From Candidatus Muiribacteriota bacterium (GTDB lineage Bacteria; Muiribacteriota; Muiribacteriia; Muiribacteriales; Muiribacteriaceae), in contig JBNJGP010000070.1 of the NCBI GenBank assembly GCA_051747805.1, positions 1 through 14,587 of the forward strand: a stretch of DNA of 14,587 nucleotides, in the 5' to 3' direction. The notes beneath the pieces are model-generated. The model had not been told where the DNA came from. It did not search any database and was given only the letters and a program-made list of their open reading frames with translations. This document shows positions 1 to 6,002 of the stretch, one piece after another (position 1 is the stretch's first letter; each line of letters opens with the position of its first letter). The position numbers were made by a program, and so were the translations under genes.

Positions 1-64
1 TTTTCTTCTTTAGCTTCTTCTTCTGGTTTTTCTTCTTTAGCTTCTTCTTCTGGTTTTTCTTCTT
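1..64 (-). repeat. 27-bp in-frame tandem repeat encoding (EEKPEEEAK)n, truncated by the window edge
   Basis: The + strand unit tttttcttctttagcttcttcttctgg occurs at 27-53, again at 1-26 (first base cut off) and partially at 54-64. About 2.4 identical copies are visible. Confidence 0.9.
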
Positions 65-1331
65 CTTCTTCATTACCTAAAACCTGAAATAGCGAAAGTG
101 CCTCAACTTTACCGTCAATCATAGATATATAAAGGGGGTCTTTTCTATATTCTTTGTTTTTAAGCTCATTAATTTTAAGCTCAACATCTTTTATATTATT
201 TATTTTCTGTTCAGGAGAATTGTTAAGGCAGACGCATAAGAGGCTTAACTTAATTTTTTCATCTGATATATTATTATTTTCCAGAAAAGTTGAAATTTCT
301 GTCTCAAAATTCTTAATTATATTTTTCATAATTTCCTGTATTAAACCGGGAGATGAAATACCTAAAAATATACTGTCAGCAGCATGAGATAAATAAAAAT
401 TAGGATCACTTTCATAGGCTGTATTAAATATTGTCTGAGTAACAAAACCCATTAGATTTTCACCAAAAGTTACTCCATATTTTCTAACGTAATAATCCTG
501 ATTAATAACGTAAATATTTCCAATTCCAACGTCATCGCTGTTTTTAAGAGTTGAGTTCACCTTTTCGCTTATAGATGCCGAGGTTGGCAATCCTGTTGAC
601 GGATGGGCTAATCTATCCTCTAATCTGGAGGCCCATAAAAAATCTATCATTTTATTAAAATGATCAACAAATTCTTTAAACTCATTTTTTTTGTTAAATT
701 TAACTTTCTGCTTGAATCTACCGCGTGTTATATTTCTTGAAACGGTGATGAAATATTTGAGCGGAACTGAAATATTTTTATAAAAAAAGCTCACCATATA
801 TACTAAAAAAATTATGGCAAGAATAGTAATTATCATAATAACATTCTGAATCATTCCTAGATATGGCATTAAAATATTCTGCCTGTTTAAGTAGAAAAAA
901 ATCTGATATATATAATTATCTCCGGATTTCACCGGAATATTAAGCCTTACAATATCAGGTATATTCATTTTCTTAAATTCAGCCTTATATTTAAACTCAC
1001 CAATTCCCTGAAGAGCTTTTTCGCTATAATCAGATTTCACGTGAGTAAAAATTCTGTCATTATCTTTACTGTAAATTTTAATCCCGGCTATTTCGGGGGT
1101 GTTTTTAGCATAATTTTTAAAAAAAGTATCAAATTCATTTTGTTGCCACAACATTGCAGTGGACTGTCCAATTTGCGTATATTTTTCAATCTGTAATTGA
1201 TATGCAACATTTTGCTGATATCTTAAAATATAAAAAGAAGTTGTAATAATAAAAATCAGCACAAAAGAAATTGTTGCTATTGAAAGCGGAAAGTAAAGAG
1301 GTTTATATTTTAAAGTGTTTTTTAAACCCAA
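1..1331 (-). CDS. Membrane protein: TM - extracytoplasmic domain - TM - HAMP - degenerate GGDEF-like domain - acidic repeat tail (3' end runs off the window; absent from the ORF track)
   Basis: Hand translation gives an open frame of 443 codons from TTG at 1331, with GGAG 6 nt upstream and no stop before the edge: MGLKNTLKYKPLYFPLSIATISFVLIFIITTSFYILRY (TM1) ... VIMIITILAIIFLVYMVSFFY (TM2), KNISVPLKYFITVSRNITRGRFKQKVKFNKKNEFKEFVDHFNKMIDFL (HAMP-like), AHPSTGLP ... YVRKYGVTFGENLMGFVTQTI ... FYLSHAADSIFLGI (GGDEF-fold landmarks), then EEEEEKPEEEAKEEKPEEEAKEE. The exact start is uncertain (see finding at 1322-1364). Confidence 0.85.
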   Translation of the reverse strand, partial: MGLKNTLKYKPLYFPLSIATISFVLIFIITTSFYILRYQQNVAYQLQIEKYTQIGQSTAMLWQQNEFDTFFKNYAKNTPEIAGIKIYSKDNDRIFTHVKSDYSEKALQGIGEFKYKAEFKKMNIPDIVRLNIPVKSGDNYIYQIFFYLNRQNILMPYLGMIQNVIMIITILAIIFLVYMVSFFYKNISVPLKYFITVSRNITRGRFKQKVKFNKKNEFKEFVDHFNKMIDFLWASRLEDRLAHPSTGLPTSASISEKVNSTLKNSDDVGIGNIYVINQDYYVRKYGVTFGENLMGFVTQTIFNTAYESDPNFYLSHAADSIFLGISSPGLIQEIMKNIIKNFETEISTFLENNNISDEKIKLSLLCVCLNNSPEQKINNIKDVELKINELKNKEYRKDPLYISMIDGKVEALSLFQVLGNEEEEEKPEEEAKEEKPEEEAKEE

Positions 1332-1364
1332 TTTTTTCTCCAGATATACATATATTAATCCTTA

Positions 1365-2759
1365 TTATTTTCTGCTGAACTTATCCTTAATACTATAGGC
1401 AATCTCATTAATATTTCCAGCACCCATAAAAATAATAATATCATTTTCAATTATATTATCAAGCAGAAACTTTTCTATTTCTAAAAACGAGGGTATATAA
1501 AAAGCATTACCTTTATTACTGACAATTTTTTTCACCAGTTCTTTCGATGAAATCATTTTTTTCTCTATTTCCGAGTCCCTCACAAAAAAAATATCTGGTA
1601 CAACAATTATATCACTATCTGAAAAAGAACTGGCAAAATCTTCTAGAAGAAACCTAGTTCTAGAATGTTGATGTGGTTGGAATACACAGATAATTCTTTT
1701 ATTTAAATATTTTTTTCTGGCATATTTCAGTACGGTTTTTATTTCGGTTGGATGATGAGCATAATCATCAACCACTATACATTCATTACTTTTATAAATA
1801 ATTTCAAACCTTCTTTTTATTCCTTTAAATCTCTTCAATGCCTCTACTATCTGTTCTCCGTTTATTCCAATTGTATGACAAATAGCAAATGCAGCTAGAG
1901 AATTTATCACATTATGCATTCCAAATAAACTAATTTTAATTTCAAACCTCTTATTATCAGGTGTTTTTATAAAATACGAAGTCATTCCTTCCTTATCAAT
2001 GTAATAATCTGAACCTGAAAAATCTGCCTTTATATCATAGCCATATGATATTTTTTTCACCTTACTTTTTTTTAAAATTTCTTTTATATTTTGACTTGAA
2101 GCCGAATAAAATAAACAGCCCTCTGGATTAATCTTATTAATGAATTTTTTAAAAGCTATTTTAATTTCTTTTATATTTTTATAATAATCAAGATGGTCTT
2201 CCTCAATGTTATTTACAATTCCATAAAGAGGGTTCAGATTTAAAAATGATTTATCATATTCACATGCCTCGGCTATGAAATAATCGTTCTTTCCCGGAGA
2301 AGAACTTCCGTTTAACTGTGGCACAACTCCGCCTATAACATACCCCGGAAATATATTGTCAAAATTCATTATATAGGCCAGCATAGAAGATATTGTAGTT
2401 TTTCCATGAGTTCCTGCTACAGCTATTCCTTTTTTCAAATCCATTATATAACCAAGCATTTCAGCATATTTTATAACAGAAATATTTCTGGCTTTTGCCG
2501 TAAACACTTCCGGGTTATTATCAGAAACTGCCGCTGATTTAACTATCAACTGGGTATCTCCTTTAATATTTGCACTATTATGAGTGTAAAATATATTTAT
2601 CCCAAAATTTTCCAACTCAACTGTAACTTTATTTTTCTGCAGATCAGACCCACTTACATTATAACCAAATGAATGTATTATTTTAGCCAGGCCAGACATT
2701 CCAGTTCCGCCAACCCCGATAAAATGAATATTCTTTGTTGGCTTAAGATTTATATTCAT
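1365..2759 (-). CDS. murC: UDP-N-acetylmuramate--L-alanine ligase
   Basis: 464 aa with IHFIGVGGTGMSGLA, SGSD, P-loop AVAGTHGKTT, EACEYD, NIEEDHLDYY, G-HNVIN, RRFE, DDYAHHPTEI, FQPH, MGAGNI. Confidence 0.96.
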   Translation of the reverse strand: MNINLKPTKNIHFIGVGGTGMSGLAKIIHSFGYNVSGSDLQKNKVTVELENFGINIFYTHNSANIKGDTQLIVKSAAVSDNNPEVFTAKARNISVIKYAEMLGYIMDLKKGIAVAGTHGKTTISSMLAYIMNFDNIFPGYVIGGVVPQLNGSSSPGKNDYFIAEACEYDKSFLNLNPLYGIVNNIEEDHLDYYKNIKEIKIAFKKFINKINPEGCLFYSASSQNIKEILKKSKVKKISYGYDIKADFSGSDYYIDKEGMTSYFIKTPDNKRFEIKISLFGMHNVINSLAAFAICHTIGINGEQIVEALKRFKGIKRRFEIIYKSNECIVVDDYAHHPTEIKTVLKYARKKYLNKRIICVFQPHQHSRTRFLLEDFASSFSDSDIIVVPDIFFVRDSEIEKKMISSKELVKKIVSNKGNAFYIPSFLEIEKFLLDNIIENDIIIFMGAGNINEIAYSIKDKFSRK

Positions 2760-3736
2760 AAATTTAATCCTGCTGTTTTTTTTATTTCATTTATATTTTT
2801 TTTCGCAATTTTTTCTGCTTTCTCAGCTCCAAATTTCAAAATATCTCTAACAAAGGAATTCTTTTTTTCAAGTTTATAATAATTTTCACGAATCGGTGAA
2901 ATAATATTTAATATATTTCCTGCCACCACTTTTTTGCATTCAACACAACCTATTTCTGCCTTTTTACAGGCTTCAAAACATTCACTTTTTTCGCTTTCTG
3001 ATGAATATATTTTATGCCAGCTGAAAACATTACAAATTTCAGGATTTCCAGCATCAGTTTTTCTGATTCTTGCAGGATCGGTTTTAGCTCCCATAATTTT
3101 TTTATTAATTACTTTATCATCTTCAGTTAACCCGATATAGTTGTTTTTACTTTTACTCATTTTATTTTCACCATCAATCCCGATTATTCGTGGGGCAATA
3201 GATAATAACTCTTCTGGTAGCGGAAGTAAATCTGTTCTGAATTTTTTGTTGAATTTTCTGGCAATTTCCCGCGTTAATTCAACATGTTGAACTTGATCCT
3301 GCCCAACAGGAACAAATTCTGAATAATAAAGAAGAATATCAGCAGCCTGAAGCACAGGATACGCATATAACCCTAGGTTTACATTACTTTTATTGTTCTG
3401 GGCTTTATCTTTAAACTGTGTCATTCTATTTAATTCTCCAAGAGGAGTGACAGTAGATAATATCCACATCAATTCTGTATGTTCTTTTATATCACTTTGA
3501 ACAAAAATTATACTTTTTTCAGGATCAATTCCTGAAGCGATATAGACTTTAGCCAGCTCCATAACCCTTTTATGCAGTTGTTTTGGATTGTATTTAACAG
3601 TTATTGAATGTAAATCAACAATTGAAAAGATACAATCATATTTATTTTGTAAATTTACCCAGTTTTTTATGGCCCCTGTATAATTTCCAAGATGTATAGT
3701 GCCAGTGGGTTGAACTCCGCTGAATAATTTTTTCAT
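2756..3736 (-). CDS. trpS: Tryptophanyl-tRNA synthetase
   Basis: 326 aa with SGVQPTG, HIGH-like HLGNY, VDLHSIT, RMTQFKDK, YPVLQAADIL, VPVGQDQVQHVELTR and KMSKS. Overlaps murC by 4 nt (ATGA). Confidence 0.97.
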   Translation of the reverse strand: MKKLFSGVQPTGTIHLGNYTGAIKNWVNLQNKYDCIFSIVDLHSITVKYNPKQLHKRVMELAKVYIASGIDPEKSIIFVQSDIKEHTELMWILSTVTPLGELNRMTQFKDKAQNNKSNVNLGLYAYPVLQAADILLYYSEFVPVGQDQVQHVELTREIARKFNKKFRTDLLPLPEELLSIAPRIIGIDGENKMSKSKNNYIGLTEDDKVINKKIMGAKTDPARIRKTDAGNPEICNVFSWHKIYSSESEKSECFEACKKAEIGCVECKKVVAGNILNIISPIRENYYKLEKKNSFVRDILKFGAEKAEKIAKKNINEIKKTAGLNL

Positions 3737-3754
3737 AATAAAAATTCCTTGTAC

Positions 3755-3782
3755 ATTTTATTTATTTATTTAAGTTTAGCAA
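3755..3782 (-). promoter_or_regulatory. Possible internal promoter upstream of trpS
   Basis: In the largest intergenic gap (64 nt) there is TGcTAAACT (extended -10-like, 3773-3781) and, alternatively, TTGCTA-N16-TAAAAT (3782-3755). The AT-rich background makes chance matches likely. Confidence 0.3.
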
Positions 3783-3800
3783 ATTTTCTTAAATTACTGT

Positions 3801-4319
3801 TCAATTTTCAATTCCTTCTCTTGCTTCAACACCTTTATTATAATAATGTTTTATTTCCTTCATTTCTGTAATTAAATCAGCAATTTCATACAGTTTACCG
3901 GGCATTTTTCTTCCGGTAATAATTACTTCCACATGCTCTTTCTTATGTTTTAACGCATCAATAAATTCTTTTAGAGAAAAAAGCTCATAATATAAAGCAA
4001 TATTTGCCTCATCAAGAATTACAACATCGTACTTTCCTTCTTTTAATACTTTTTTTATTATTTGAAAACCTTTTTGTGCTTCTTCAAAATCTTTTTTTTC
4101 AGGTTTTTTATATATAAAGCAATCCCGGCCGTACTGTTTAATTGTAATATTATCTATCCATTTAACAGCCTTAAGCTCACTGTATTGCATACCTTTAACA
4201 AACTGGGCAATAAAAACCTTCAGGCCGGCTCCTGCTGCTCTGAGAGATAAGCCTAATGAGGCTGTAGTCTTACCTTTGCCATTTCCAGTATAAATCTGTA
4301 TATATCCTTTTTTTATCAT
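3801..4319 (-). CDS. cobO: ATP:cob(I)alamin adenosyltransferase (CobA/CobO/BtuR family)
   Basis: 172 aa with GYIQIYTGNGKGKTTASLGLSLRAAGAG, QFVKG, YDVVILDE, EVIITGR, ADLITEM-EIKHYY-GV-AREGIE. SD AGAAAGGA upstream. Confidence 0.93.
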   Translation of the reverse strand: MIKKGYIQIYTGNGKGKTTASLGLSLRAAGAGLKVFIAQFVKGMQYSELKAVKWIDNITIKQYGRDCFIYKKPEKKDFEEAQKGFQIIKKVLKEGKYDVVILDEANIALYYELFSLKEFIDALKHKKEHVEVIITGRKMPGKLYEIADLITEMKEIKHYYNKGVEAREGIEN

Positions 4320-4340
4320 AATATTCTTCCTTTCTTAAGA

Positions 4341-5159
4341 TTACTCAATATTTTTCATAAATTCAATAATTTTTTCAGTTGCATCAAAATTATCAATATT
4401 TGAACCAGAGATATATTCTGGAACATAATTTTTGCCCCCAGGCCATACTTTTCCAATATTATCAATATTTATTGCCTGATGTTTGAGTTCAAAACGATTT
4501 ATTAAAATTTTTTTTCCCCATTTATATAAAACAACATTATCTTTTTCATTTACAGGGTGATTACAGTTAACCAAAATAGCCGGCAGGGTTATTTTTTTTA
4601 AATTAATTTTTTCTATTTCAGCGCCCACAAAAGCTGCCTTGTTAATCAATAAGGGATATTTTAATATTAATTCATAACCAAAATCAGCTCCCATACCAAA
4701 ACCACATAAAAACACTTCTTCTTTGTCAATTAGATAAGTGGATTCCGCCTTATTTATTATACTTTTGAGGAATTTAAAATCACTTTTTATATTAGATTCG
4801 TTTTCAAAATTCCAGATTCTGGGGTTTTTCAAATATGACGGTGGAAGATTTTTATTTTGAGTCAGGGCCTCGGGTATTAATAAAATAAAATTATATTTTT
4901 CCGCCTTGTTTATCCAATCTCCAACGGCAGTAATTGTTTTTGCGGCTCCGCCTTTATTATGCAATAAAATATAAAGAGGAAAATAAGTAATACCATCATA
5001 ATCAGAAGGAATATATATATAATAGTTTCGAGCAACATTTCCCTGATAATGTTTTTTTTGATAAATATTAATATTAAACATTCCTGTATCTTCAACATAA
5101 GAAAATGCAAATATAAAAATATTAATAATTAAAAAATTAAGGATAAAAATTTTTTTCAT
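4341..5159 (-). CDS. Secreted alpha/beta-hydrolase-fold protein, PHB depolymerase/LpqC-like, catalytic residues degenerate
   Basis: Signal-peptide-like MKKIFILNFLIINIFIFAFS. Family landmarks RNYYIYIPSDY, PLYILLH, AEKYNFILLIPE, WN, DFKFLKSII, YLIDKEEVFLCGFGMG, WPGG, DATEKIIEF. The nucleophile elbow reads GFGMG instead of GxSxG. Confidence 0.75.
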   Translation of the reverse strand: MKKIFILNFLIINIFIFAFSYVEDTGMFNINIYQKKHYQGNVARNYYIYIPSDYDGITYFPLYILLHNKGGAAKTITAVGDWINKAEKYNFILLIPEALTQNKNLPPSYLKNPRIWNFENESNIKSDFKFLKSIINKAESTYLIDKEEVFLCGFGMGADFGYELILKYPLLINKAAFVGAEIEKINLKKITLPAILVNCNHPVNEKDNVVLYKWGKKILINRFELKHQAINIDNIGKVWPGGKNYVPEYISGSNIDNFDATEKIIEFMKNIE

Positions 5160-5161
5160 TT

Positions 5162-5980
5162 TTAATCTGAGCTTGTATTTTGTTTGTTATTTGACTTGTC
5201 TGAAATAGTTGATTTTTTCTTTCCTTTCTTTTTAGGTTTTGATTTAAATTTATGTTTAGAACTTGACCCTGATTTAAAATTTTTAATCTTGGTCTTTTTT
5301 TTATTCCCCCCCCCTTTTACACTGTTAGAATTTTTAAAAATATTTGCTATATTTTTAGTTCTAACAACATCAGCATGTTTTTTTAATATATCTGGAATTT
5401 TATGACTTCCTTCTAAATTACCTATTAAAGCCTCAACCCCTGTCAATCTTCCAGACTTCAGGGCGGGTGTAATATCTGTATCTTTTGTAAAAATAATAAC
5501 TTTATCAACCAGTTGTCTATACGATACATGAGCAATATCAAGCCCAAGAAGCATATCCACCTGTTTTTGAACAAAAATTGGAGACCCGTCTATATTTAAT
5601 CCATTTACTTTTAATGTTCCTGCTCTTAAAGCTACATATTCTTCATATGATAGATTATCCAGAAATGTTTTATTTTCCTGATAAAAAAGTGTTAAATCTT
5701 TTTCATTCTGCTGAAAATATTTTTTAAACTTTCGAATTGTATATTCATTAAGGTGTCGCTTTTCAATTATACTTTTATACAATTCACGGGGATTAAAAGG
5801 ATATGAAGTATAAAAAAAAATTCTGTAAAATTTTTCATCCGGATCTAAAAATCCCCGGAATAATTTTATCAGCGCTCCAGGTTCATTAAAATTAAAAACC
5901 CTGATGCCTGTATGTTTTTGAACAGCATATATATCCTGTTTGAAATTTTCCCAGTCAATAAAAAATGCAACTTTACCCAT
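5162..5980 (-). CDS. NYN domain (PIN-like, LabA/DUF88) putative ribonuclease with Lys-rich C-terminal tail
   Basis: VAFFIDWENF (D9), RIFFY, QKQVDMLLGLDI (D142), IIFTKDTDITPAL (D167/D169), LKKHAD. The last ~55 aa are K/S/N/G-rich low complexity. Confidence 0.85.
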   Translation of the reverse strand: MGKVAFFIDWENFKQDIYAVQKHTGIRVFNFNEPGALIKLFRGFLDPDEKFYRIFFYTSYPFNPRELYKSIIEKRHLNEYTIRKFKKYFQQNEKDLTLFYQENKTFLDNLSYEEYVALRAGTLKVNGLNIDGSPIFVQKQVDMLLGLDIAHVSYRQLVDKVIIFTKDTDITPALKSGRLTGVEALIGNLEGSHKIPDILKKHADVVRTKNIANIFKNSNSVKGGGNKKKTKIKNFKSGSSSKHKFKSKPKKKGKKKSTISDKSNNKQNTSSD

Positions 5981-6002
5981 AATTATATTCCTTTCTTATA
6001 TA

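Noticed and set aside
1..64. Direct repeats as a possible CRISPR array
   Set aside because: Head-to-tail with no spacers, in frame within a CDS, and no cas genes in the window.
154..387. 77-aa + strand ORF from the track
   Set aside because: Antisense shadow of the longer minus-strand HAMP/GGDEF-like gene; no recognisable motif.
3737..4340. T-box before trpS or cobalamin riboswitch before cobO
   Set aside because: The spacers are only 64 and 21 nt and lack the conserved motifs.
2673..5405. Short + strand ORFs (2673-2879, 2934-3140, 4062-4250, 5184-5405) and the alternate-frame minus ORF 4910-5110
   Set aside because: All overlap well-supported genes. Their F/L/I-rich composition is what antisense or off-frame reading of AT-rich, K/E-rich genes produces.
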